DNA from: Hormiphora californensis
Lineage: Eukaryota > Animalia > Ctenophora
Direction: 5' to 3'
Length of the DNA stretch: 64,000 nucleotides
NCBI GenBank assembly: GCA_020137815.1
Contig: CM035350.1
Location: 992,001 to 1,056,000 of the forward strand
This document shows, piece after piece, positions 34,035-45,770 of this stretch. The stretch's first letter is position 1. Each line of letters begins with the position of its first letter. Under the pieces are notes generated by a model. The model did not search any database. It saw nothing but the letters and a program-made list of their open reading frames with translations, and had not been told where the DNA came from. The translations under genes were made by a program, and so were the position numbers.

Positions 34035-37000
34035 TCATTCATGAGCTAGTTCTGAAGACCGCCTCACTTTCACTGTTTCCAAGATGTGCTGGGGAAAGTC
34101 GACGATACACACTCCCAGACTACTTCTTCGCATACTCATACTGGCCACATTTAGCCACTCTCCTGCTACCAAATCGAACCTGTGATAGGGAGAGGATATT
34201 TAGTGCCCTGTGTTAGAGAGGGAAATAGTTACAGAGGGGGCCATAATGAAATCAAGAGGAGGAAAGATGCCCTTACTTTTCAACTGTGTTGAGGGAGCTG
34301 CATCCATCGTTACCACCCACAGCGTACAGAGCCCCATCCAGTACAGCGATATCGACAGCAGACCGGGAGGTGTGCATGGGGGCCAGCATGGTCCACTTGC
34401 CCTCTCTTGTATCATACCTGACAGGGAGTGTGTTGTTGTAAAATCATGTGACACTACACATGTGATACTATGTGTGTACTAATATAAATATCACTATGAG
34501 TGCAGCACACATGACAGTTAATATTACAAATGTGTGTTATAACGGCACTATATAACTGCAGCAGTGCTACCTAGTGTACTACTATAGTACCTACCGTTCT
34601 ACAGAGCTGAGACTGGTGCACCCGTCATTCCCTCCCACCACATAGAGGCAGCTATCTAGGGAGATCACCCCTGCACCAGATCTCTGACTGAACATCTTGT
34701 TTATAGTGTACCTAGGGAGGGAAGGGAATGAGTAGGAAGGTTCGTCAAATATCCCGTGCAGAGCAGTCATTTACTTGGAATACTGTTTGATCAAATATGT
34801 GCTCTGCGGGTTCTCAAAGTGGTGTGATTGCAGGTGTAGCCAGTAGGAAGTGTAGACACGCTCTGTTTACATTGGGTTGTGAGTGGTGTCAGTTTGTCTG
34901 CGGGTGGTGTGTCATGTGCATTACTGTGTTTGTCTGTGCAGTGTGTATTGCTGCAGACCTCATCAGATGAACGACACTACATAATGGGGTGAAAGGAAGA
35001 GAGAAGGAGAGGTACAGGTGAGATATAATATAAACGTACTGATGAAAGAGGGAGAGGGGGAGAGAGAGTCACGGATGACTGAGAGAGAGAAAAAGTGGGA
35101 GAGAGATAGAAATGGGTAGGGAGAGAGCTGCTATAGATTTGCTGCACAGTAAAGACTGAAGCTTCAATAGTGTACACTTTACAATATTAGTCGTTAGTGT
35201 ATCTCAATGAAGTTAACCCTCTCTCTATTTTACTAGCCTTCTCTAGAAACAACTCTCACTTTCTCCTGCTTTCACAAATCCCCCAAAAAAACAAGCAAAT
35301 CTTTATATGTCCCCGCACCTACTACTTCCTCTACCCCCCTCCACCTACCATTTCTCCCTCTCAGGGTGAAACATCTCGACAGAGCTAAGATGACATGTAC
35401 CATCGAAACCTCCCACTGCATAGATCATCTTATCACAGTTGACAGCCCTCACATAACGTCTCTTTGTTAACATCACTGGGGCAGCCATCCAAATCTAGAA
35501 TAATGACAAGGGGTCAATGTTGATTGTTGAACATATACTTGGAATTGCTAGCTGTACTATCTTACAATAATAATAGAGGGAATATTATGAGAGTGTTATG
35601 GAAGGTGTTTCAAGGAAAGTGCCCACTAGTTATAATGTCAGTGGCCCCTATTTAAAACAAACAACCACGTACGTCCATGTGAGGGTCGTATCTCTCCATG
35701 TAATCCAGACAGGTATACCCGTCATACCCGCCCAGGGCGTACATTAGCCCATCCAGCTCAGCAATACCAACACAGCTCCTCCTGATTGTCATGGGGGAGG
35801 CAGCCTGCCACTCATTCACCTGGGGAGGGGGAGGGATGGAGGGTGAGGGAGAGTAAAGGAAATTAATGAGAGGGAGTAAAGGGATAGAGAATGAATGAGA
35901 GAGGAAGGGAGAGGGAAGAGAGATGTGGAGGGCAATATATCGGATTGCAGCAGCCAATTACACGTCACATGAATTCTAATTACATTGCCTCCCCTACCGA
36001 TGGATTGTATTTCTCAGTTGATAGAAGGTGACACGCTCCATCATAACCCCCTGTAGAGTAGACATATCCATGGAGTTGGATAGCCCCTGCCCTGGCTCGA
36101 GGGGTTGCCATGGGGGACACTCTGTACCAAGCATCATCTGAGATAGAGTAACACTCGCACTCGCAGTGTGTAGTGAACTGTGAACCACCACCTATAGCCA
36201 TCATTGTAGGTGTGTAGTCTGGCTTTTTACGGGCCACCGTACCTGCAGCGAGCGAATTATTAGCTGCCAGCTGGAGTTAAATAAATCCTATTATATCACG
36301 AATAGGCAATACTGTTCAGTATTAGAATCTAAACTTGAAAAAGATTCATTCCTTACCATAGTGCTGCATAGCACTGCGTAGTTTTGGTTGCATATGATAC
36401 TTCATAGCGTGCATCAGTTGATCCTTGATCCTAACATCAGTGATATCACCCACACACTCCATCACCTCCCCCAGCAGATAGGAGGAGTTGAGAAGGGGCA
36501 ACTTGACACACGCTAACACCTCCGCTAACCGGTCACACCGAGATGTTGTATCATGGTTATACCACTTCATTACTGACTCAAACAGGACCCTCTCTCCCGA
36601 GACGTTGAGGTGGTCCATACTCAGGAACTGGAAGGAGAGAGAGAAATTGAGGTCATGAGAGAGGGAAGAGTGGTGATGAGAAAATATCAGTGAGATCAGG
36701 GGATGGCGGCGGCCAGTGTCTGTGAGAACAATATTATTGGGAATCGAGTTAGGAAGCGTGTGTGAGTGTCATACCACCAGGAGAGATAGGATAGAGGGGG
36801 GATATAATATGCAGGAGACATGTTGTCTGACAGAGAGTGGCATATCAGGACATGTTGACTGTAGGAGTAATTACAAGAGTGGAATCAGGACGTGTTGACT
36901 GTTGGAGTAATTACAAGAATCAGGACGTGTCCAGGACTAATTACAATCATCACGACTACAGACATGCCCCACTCACCTCTATAATGCTATCGGCAGGTAG

Positions 37001-39688
37001 TTGCACAAACTCCTCTCCCTTCTTGTAGACATCGTGGAAGTGACGCTGGATAAATAACCGGGAGGTATCTTGGAGCTGTTCACAGTTGTGCTTCTCTGGG
37101 GGGAGGGGGGAATAGGTGAGACTCTCTCTCAAAAGTCAAAACCCCAGTATAAAATTAGGGGGTGATCTAGGAATTAGAACCACAAAACTAGCTCAGGTGT
37201 TGCCGTAACTATAGGAATTAGGAAAGTGACACTTAACCAACCTGCAAATAGATAGAACCCCAGGCAGTTTTGTATGGACAGGTTCCTCTCTAGGAAGAGT
37301 CCACACTGTTCCACTACATAGTCCAATTGTAGCATCCTGGCAGCAGGTAGCAGAGCCTGGACATTCTCAGTCCCTATTGATACCTGCAGAGGGAGCTGTT
37401 ATAGAGACTTGCGGACTATAGAATTGGGCATGTAACATGTTCCATCCTATATTTTGTACACGTGAAAGAGTGAAAAGTTAAAGTTGTAGACCTCATATGC
37501 AGCAAGAGATCTGAGAGAGACGTCCTGTAATTCCACTGACTACGCTCCTAGATTACTGTCGCGCCAGTCTCTCTCTTTTCTCAAGCACAAGTGCATGCAA
37601 TGCGTACCCACAAAGCTTTACGTGCTACATGGAGCCATGTATTACACTGATACTACACAGAGATCAGTATGGAGACATTAAACACATGTTACAAGGTACC
37701 TGGTGAGTGTAGGCGTAGTCGATGAGTGTCTCTATTGCATCAGAGTCAACATCGTGAAGATGGACCTTGTCTTGTTTACTCTCCGCCAGGTTAGTGGTGA
37801 ACATGGCCCGGAAGTAGGGGGAACAAGACGATAGTACTATCCTGTGTGCCTGGGGGAGGGGGGGAGGGTGAGATGTGTGCTTTTTCCCTCTCTCTATACT
37901 GGGACACCTACCTCTCTCTCCTTCTCTCTATACAGGGACTGCACCTACCTCTATCTCCTTCTCTATACTGGGGGACACCTACCTCTATCTCCTTCTCCCC
38001 TACAACTATGGTGACGTCACAGAAGAACCTCTGTTCCCTAAAATACTGCATTTCATCCAGCATCTTTAGAGCCTCGTTATCGCTGTGGAAATCTAAACTT
38101 GTTCTTTGTGGTGGGGAATCGAGGGAGGGAGTCCTCTTCCGTTCAACGTAGGATCGCTTATATGCTTCGTCTGAGAAGACGCATGTGGTCAATATGTTAT
38201 ATTGATTATGAGAGAGGGGGGACACATGTCCAACATATTATATTGATTATTAGGAAAGGGGATAATGGGAGACTGGAAAGCCTGTGAAGGAGAGATACAT
38301 GGGTTATTGAGGGGGAGGGAGAACACATGTGGGGTGATTATTGCTGATTGCTTGGATAATTAGAATATTGCATCTTATAGGAAAATAAGACGAGTTAGAT
38401 GCATTTCTTGAAGCCATGTTGCTTTTGACGTTTCAACTTGTTTTTGTGGTGGCGTTCAGCCGAGAGTTCAACGAAGAGTCATACAGTGGTAAGGAGCTTT
38501 TTATCACTACTTATAGGATTATTTAAATTTTAAATGGCACATTTTGGTATGTATCAAAAAAGTGTGTAACTGGAATCCACCCTTCTAGTTCTGGTCTTTC
38601 CAAAACCTGTGGCTGGGAAAAACTATGCAAAGGTTACCCTAAAAGACAAGAGTTTTACTGGAGAGTTGACAATATGTGTATGGGCTAAACCGGCTCTATC
38701 TGGTAACCGGTACATTCTACAACTTCTAGATAAGGACGGTGAACTCGCACACATAGGCACCCATGAATCAGGATTTCCTGGTGAAACAATAACATGTAAG
38801 TTGGCAATTGGAGTTCATTGTATCACCAATTCTGAAGTTCTGCACTATGAAGGTTTGTTAGTTTGTTAATGTTTGTGAACTGTAATGTAACGTGCAAGTC
38901 CTACCATATACCTATGTTCACTATGTTTCAGATGAGTTGCCAATGAACACATGGACTCACATTGCTGCAATGTACAGTAAAGAAGAGTTCAGGATTTACC
39001 TAAATGGGACTTTATACGAGACTAAAACAGGAGACTACAAGTACACGATAAATGGAAAGAAAGAAGCCACAGTGTATGTGGGGCAGGTAATGTAACACGA
39101 CAACATAATAATGTTAATTCGTTGTAACACGATAACATAATCATGTTACTTGACATTCCATCCATTCCATCCAGGATGCAGCAGGTGGGAGTTTTGGTTC
39201 AGATGGTGAAAGTTTTAATGCAGATCGGGCCTTCCTAGGATCCGTAACGAAGTGCGGTATTTTCAACAAACTACTGGAGCAGAAAGATGTGCAGACATTA
39301 ATGACGAAAAATAATAAGAGTCTAAAGGAGTACCGAGTTATGTGGTGGAGTCAAGTAAAGAGGGGAGTGCATGGAAATGTGCATTTGATAGGTCCAGTCC
39401 TGGTAACTGGTAAGTGTTGAATGTGGGGGAGTGGGCTAATCTTCCAATCGGTCTTGGGCAGACTGATTGGAATTGGGAATACTAGGGTTGTATGTTCAGT
39501 GAAGTATATTTGTTGCTTTGACCCCTTCTCTCTTGTTAACAACTGGAAAGGAGGGTTAGAACAAGGTTGTTACCTGGTTCAGGAGAGAGGTCTGATAGAG
39601 TTAATGTAACTGACAGGTTATCTAACGTCGCCTCCAGCTCATCCAACCCTGAATCAATGGGTTCTATGTGTGCTGCTGGTTCTCTCAT
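34035..39688 (-). CDS. BTB-BACK-Kelch (KLHL family) Cullin-3 adaptor, about 12 exons
   Basis: [17 protein letters not shown]|[24 protein letters not shown]; [27 protein letters not shown]; Kelch repeats with GGYDG. Exon 1 39688-39574 (phase 1) joins acceptor at 38171; TGA 34035-34037. Confidence 0.9.
38416..39420 (+). CDS. Short pentraxin-like (CRP/SAP-type fold) secreted protein nested antisense in Kelch intron 1; exons 38416-38488, 38589-38795, 38932-39086, 39175-39420
   Basis: Signal peptide [15 protein letters not shown]; [21 protein letters not shown]; [14 protein letters not shown]; VGQD..GGSF..F...RAFLGSV; [13 protein letters not shown]. All introns are GT-AG and in phase. Confidence 0.8.
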
Positions 39689-39767
39689 CGCTTGTGGAGT
39701 GCAGTTATGGAGTACAAAGATTGTAAAGAAGTTTATTGGACACATGAAAAGATAGTGTGTCTAAATA

Positions 39768-40691
39768 TTAGTTTGTCCCATAAATATTGTCCCTCGGTGA
39801 TTTTTTCAAGAAAATGATGATTTGAAAGAAAATAAACGGTCCTACGGTATTCCTAGCATCCTTGGCTCCATTCCTATAGGTTGGGGATGTATCAAGGTAG
39901 TATAGTTCAGGAATTATGGGCCAATCTTTACACGTATGTCTTACTACGATCTTCAAAATTTCGATCATGAAATTGTTTCTTCTCATTAAATCGAATCCTG
40001 TGCTAAAATAAGGATATGGACTGCTCATTTTACCCGGTGGGGACTTAGGGGGCATCCTCTGGGAGCTCCAGGGACCTTTAACTTTTGAATAGAACCCTTC
40101 GTTTTAGGGCCATCACTCCTTAAACAGAGTTCACTCAAAACGGCCGCTGCAGACATTTTTGACAGAAACCAATGACCGTGAGAAGAAGCCAATGAAGGAC
40201 AGTCTTGAAATCGGCCTAAGAACTCTAGAATAGACCTTTCTCTACCACATAGGACCATCAATCGCATCCAGGTGGCCCATCTGGGGCCGAGAAACATAAT
40301 TTTGCGAGGTAGCCACTTTTTGCGCTGAAAATCAATGCTAATTTGTCGATTTGGCGTGCACATAAGTTGTCATAGGGATGTCTGAGCATCATTCCGATGC
40401 GTGTAACTCACCACACTACCTCAAAAGGGATCAGAGATGACTCTCCTGAGGTTAGATGGTGCCGAGATGGTTTTGGCTAGGTACAAAATGGGTCAAAGTC
40501 AGTTTTAAGATCGTTACAAGACTGGCCTACCAAATTCACCTACAGCTACCCTTCTGTATGGGCACGTAGAATCCCTGACCTATAGGAATGGAGCCAAGGA
40601 TGTCAAAAATACCGTAGGACCGTTTATTTTCTTTCAAATCGTTATTTTCTTGGAAAAATCACCGAGGGACAATATTTATGGGACAACCTAA
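39768..40691. mobile_element. Non-autonomous Tc1/mariner-type element, about 115-bp TIRs, TA TSD
   Basis: ta|TTAGTTTGTCCCATAAATATTGTCCCTCGGTGA... and ...TCACCGAGGGACAATATTTATGGGACAACCTAA|ta. TTAGGTTG termini resemble mariner ends. Confidence 0.85.
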
Positions 40692-41024
40692 TAGGTACAT
40701 TCAAAAGTATCAAATTTGCTGTAGAATGTTCCACAGGGCTATTGCTTTACATTTTACAACTCCATTCAACTTACCTGTTAGCAACCGGTTAATGGTTGTT
40801 ATTGAAATCTTTATTGGGCAAAAGTAATATTTAATTAATTATAAACTCAAAACTCAAATGTCAACATAATAGTATTCTTTACTTCTTCAACAATACGTTT
40901 TGTGCACGAGAATCTTCGAAGTTTCAAGTTTGACCCACTAAACAAAATGGAATCATGGTCTAGTTTTGAGGAAGCTGGAAAGGTAAAACCTAAAACTGAA
41001 GACCTAAGAGATATTGTAGGGATG

Positions 41025-42885
41025 AAAATGGGCCGGCGTGTCTATCTGTGTCCAGGGCTAGAGGGCGTGTGAAACCCCCACACGCAGAGCCAGGGGCGTT
41101 CTGTGTAGGGGCAGAGCCCTTGCGTTGTGGGTGTCCGCGGGCACACAGGCCGAAAAGACGGAGTGAAAATTGGCAAATGCTACTGACTCTATCGGAATAA
41201 GGTAGGCAGCGCATTTCAAGAGTGAAAAAAGAAGAAGAAAAATCAGAAAAACTTGGCATACGTTGCAGGCCCCTTATAATATAATATAAGGGGCCTGGAG
41301 GGAATACCGCGCTAGGGGGGAATACATAATCAATCATATCTCCGGTTCCAGATAAGGTACAGAAATCGTTTTGGTAGCGTTGGAAAGAGGAAGATAACAG
41401 CTTTCAAATGCAACCGGTTTCAGGTCTCTATCTTATCAGGAACAGGAGATATGAACCAAACTCCGCAAAATCGAGTGCGGTAAAATCAAAATTTGAATGA
41501 AATTTTAAAAAAGGTGTCCCTGCAAGAATCTGTGACGTCACTTTTTGAAAACAACCCATCTTTCAACGGCTATTGCTCAGCCTCCTTAAGTCCAATTAAC
41601 TTCTCTCAAAAACAGCAAGGTAGATAATCGTCAGATCTAACAACTGGTGAAAGAATCAAGTCAAACGGACTTCAGGAGCCAAAGTTATAAGCACCGCCGT
41701 TTTTTCGACCGCAAAGTTATCTTCGACCCAGCCGGGATCAGGCCAAACGCGCGCGCGGCATTCCCTCCAGTCCCCTCGTTGCGGGGGTGCGCGCATGAGG
41801 GGGCTGCAGCGCATTCCAACAGAAAAACAAAAATCGGGGAAAAAACTGTGAAAAAAGTGTGAAAAAAGTTCTGGACTGCGCGGCGCGCGCCTGTAACGCA
41901 CGGCAGAGCATAAAGAGGGTTCTTCCGCGCGCTACAGTAAAATTTTATTTGACTGGAATTGAACGACCGCGTCGCGACGCGCGTATCACCAAAAGTTGTG
42001 ATCAGAAAATTTTTCATTTTTCGGAAATCGTCTAAAAACGCTTAAAAATATGAAATTTTTGGAGAGCTTCGACCCTGGAGAGCTTCGACCCTGGAGAGCT
42101 TCGACCCTGGAGAGCTTCGACCCTGGAGAGCTTCGACCCTGGAGAGCTTCGACCCTGGAGAGCTTCGACCCTGGAGAGCTTCGACCCTGGAGAGCTTCGA
42201 CCCTGGAGAGCTTCGACCCTGGACCCTCACCGGGAGGCCGGGCTGCTCCCCTGGACCCTGCTTGACCACCTGACCGACTACCGAGGCCGCCGGCGGCCCG
42301 CCGCCCTTGGCGTAGCGGGGCCCGCGAGCTGGGACAGGGTTTGCAAGCCCCAGACCCCGGTAGGGGTCGAGAGGAATCCTAGATTTAGTCTTCAGATTGG
42401 CATGGAGCGTCAAAGACTGAAACAGAGGAGCTGTCTGTTTCTCGAATTTAACGCCGCCCGGATTGTTGGAATTTAAATTTTTTTAAACTGTCATATGTGT
42501 GTTCTTGAGAGGTGGTCATGTTTTTTTGATAGCCTTAATTTTATGTCAATTGTCAGCTTGGAAAGGGCGCGATTATAATCTGGGTGCCTTGCAGCCTGTT
42601 TACAGGTGCGTGCTACCAAAAGAGTATACTTAGACCGACTTTTTTCAAACGGCTATAGCCATGGAACCACATGGCCGATTTGAGTAAACTAAACGGTATC
42701 AGTTAGAGAATCGATAGCCCTAACCGATAACCCCAAACCAAACCCTAACCAGACCCTAACGGATAGCCCTAACCCGTCGTGCGCGCCAAAACTACGAATT
42801 GTTAGCAATGAAAGGCACCCAGATTTTAACGTTTTCCGCTTGGAAAGCGCTGCCTCGTCCCGGACTACGGGTCAATGGGGTCTGT
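41025..42885. mobile_element. Probable non-coding transposon-derived repeat with palindromic cassettes, an internal tandem array and CCCTAA-like motifs; boundaries approximate
   Basis: GC-rich ggggcagagcccttg motifs, hairpin at 41336-41453, 16-bp array and ccctaacc motifs at 42717-42775. No TIR or TSD identified. Confidence 0.4.
42061..42226 (+). repeat. Tandem repeat, 16-bp unit (ggagagcttcgaccct), about 10 copies
   Basis: Direct observation. Confidence 0.95.
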
Positions 42886-43302
42886 AGCATATATGCCAAT
42901 CGACAACTCGGTAATTGGTTATGTACACTCGTACATCCTGTGCCACGTTCTAGGTTCACTAGCTCTGTAACTAAAGATGTGTGCACATCAGAGGTTACCA
43001 CAGCGTATGCTAATTGCTAATCTCGAACCCCACCTATTTTGATCGCAGATTCGTATTTCAGGGTCTTGTCAACACCGTTACAGTATCCGTTCGAAGACAT
43101 TTAAAGGAATTCAAGGCCTTGAAGCTTTAGCAGATTGCTTGGCAAAGTAAATCAGTGATGAATTTGGACTTCCTATTGTACTGCTTTGCTTAGTTAGAAC
43201 AAGTATTATATGTTTTATCCACAGTCCACAGCTTATTCTTGTTTCTCAAAATACCCTCCCCCCCCCCCCCTTTTAGCACTGTATTCAGCTGTAGATTTGT
43301 GA

Positions 43303-45600
43303 ATGAACAATGGGAGACGCCGAAATCGGAGCGAGAATTCTCGTTATAATCTAAGGTATGATAATATCCTCACATTAATCTTATTGTTGCCTAACTCAAA
43401 TTCTCTTTGCAGGCCCCGAAGACAGGTAGCAGAAGAACCAGTGGTAGAAGCAGTACCACCCCCTCCTCCTCCTCCCAGGTATTGTGAAAGAGGGTCAGGC
43501 GAGCCAACCGATGATATATCATGGTTAGTAACCAGTACACTAATGAGGGAATGGGAGATTATATATAATCTCCCATGCCCTCATTAGTGTACTGGTTACT
43601 AACCTGATCTAATATTCCAGGCGCCGTAGAATGGGGGTTGCAGAACCAGCCCCAGCTAACCTCGCCGAGATAGTGCTAGATGAGTACATGAGAGACGACC
43701 TGTTTATGGAGGAGGAGGAGGAGGAAGAGAGCGAGGAGTACTCTGACGATGAGAGTACATCCAGTAACGATTCAGGGGATGCAGTCATTATAGAAGAGGA
43801 TGATGAGGAGGATGCAGAGATGTGGAACCCGTTCATTCCATTCAATGTGGCACCTGATAACTTCAACAACTTCTTTGATATCTTCAGACGTATTGCTAGT
43901 GGGTTTAGTACGAGCATGTACCGGCTGGACACCCTGCCCCTTCCCCTCCCTCCTGCTGAAGACAAGATAGATCTGTTTAATGGAAACCTCCCGCACTCAG
44001 CACACATCGCCATCCACAGAACTTACATTGTCCCTCCCTTCACTAACATACTGGTAAGAAGGGTTATGTTTTCTTTGTCATCTCATTTCTCAACCTCGTG
44101 TTCTTTTCTCTTACTCTCAACCTTTCTTTGTGTGTCCTTTATCCTATCATCTCATTTCTCCACCTCTTTCTAATTCCCCTCTCCCCTTCCCAGGTGGATT
44201 CAGTCCCCTCCGATACAAGCCGTCAGAGGGTCATCCAGAGGAAGCACATATTCCTAACAAACTACACCAGATCGAGTTGGAATGGTCTACAGAGTGCCGC
44301 CAAGAAACTCCGTCAGTTCAAATCCACGATATGGTGCACCGTGGAAACTGCTCAGAAGATAAAACGTCACCACCACCCATTGTGGCTTGAGGTATAACAG
44401 GAAACTGTAATATATTCACTGTCATTCAATCATACCGACTAGTTATCATCTGTGATTTGCAAATTGCAACTTGCTAGTTATCATCTGTACCCCACCATAA
44501 CTAACCGGGTTCATATGATAACTAGTCTTTAAATGACCCCCATTCCACCCCTTCTTCCACTATTTCAGATCCAAGACATGTTGAACACGTTAGAGCCAGG
44601 AAAGCTATACCAAGTAACACACGATGACATCAGGGACAGATTTGCAGTCATTGCCATACCTCTAGATGCCATCCCTGGCTCGTGCATGTACCTCATATCG
44701 CGAGAGGGCAAGTTCTTGGTTCACACGGGGAACAGTGCAGGACACCAGTCTTTTGATGCCCCTCTACAGATCGTGTTACAACATGCCCCCTCTATTGATG
44801 TGCTATACCTCGACTCAGCTTTGTACTACCCTAGTCGGGAACACTGTTATAAGGCTAACTTGGACTTGCAAGAAGTGGCACTGGCTAAAACGAGACAATT
44901 TATAAACCATGTAACTGCAGATGGGGGGTTTGTGACTATATTATTTCATAATGGGATGGAGAAGCTGTTTTTAGGCCTTGTTGCGTCTCTAACTTGTAAA
45001 ATAGGGATAACGGAAGAGATTTATGAACCCTTTTATGGGCATCTCTACCAATACGGGGAGAGAGTTACACGGATACCATTCCTGGGCAGGAAACAGCTCA
45101 CCTCAGAGGAGAGAGAAGAGAGGGTGTTCTTTTACACAGAATCCAGTGCAGAATACCATCAGATACACACAACTAACCCCTCTCACACCAGACTATTTGT
45201 TGTGTATGATATCCACTCCTGTCTAGAGAGGGCTACAGAGGCCCCAGCCGCCTGTAGAGGGATTGTGTTGAGGAAAACACGCCGCCATCCCCCTGAACAG
45301 AGGGAGGATGAGGAGGAGGAGGAGGAGAGTGATGGTACCTACTATATCCTCTTCCCCATGCACCCCAGTACTATCCAGGCAAGGTCAATTATAAAGACTC
45401 TCAGACCAGAGCGTGTATTCGGCCTGGCCACGGCACCAGGGGTAGGGTTTCACAACTTGAGAAACGATTTTACTACACAGATGGAGGAGTACTCCAGGAG
45501 CAGGCCTTCAACAAGGTCTAGAGGTCGGGCATCTAACACAACACCCGACACGATATACCGTCCCCATCCTGTACATGTAAGGAGGGGTAGCAGAGTGTAG
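43303..45600 (+). CDS. SNM1/DCLRE1-like metallo-beta-lactamase/beta-CASP protein with degenerate active site (pseudo-nuclease); exons 43303-43355, 43413-43478, 43621-44052, 44194-44391, 44569-45600
   Basis: Collinear SNM1-type motifs: ILVDS, FLTNYTRSSWNGL (for FLTHxHxDHxxGL), IWCTVET, DAIPGSCMYL (for NHCPGAVMFL), VHTGN (for HTGD), IDVLYLDS, GMEKL, FPMHPS (for YSEHSS) and LRPERV. Confidence 0.75.
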
Positions 45601-45770
45601 GGTCAGAGGACATGAGTTGTTAGGCTGTTTTATTACTGTACTTGTTGTATTTGGTTGGAAATTGGTTACCAAAATGTAAAATAGTTCGATCATCGAATGT
45701 GTCTATTCTCTGAACTTTGTTACCCGAAATCAAACTCCCTAACTAAACCTACTTCTGCCCTTTTAGGAGA

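Noticed and set aside
38330-38417. Kelch start codon at 38417 (MASRNASN...)
   Set aside because: No suitable donor follows; the phase-matched exon at 39688-39574 fits better, and this ATG overlaps the pentraxin start on the other strand.
42717-42775. Telomere or chromosome fusion remnant
   Set aside because: Only a few degenerate, interrupted CCCTAA motifs within a repeat element.
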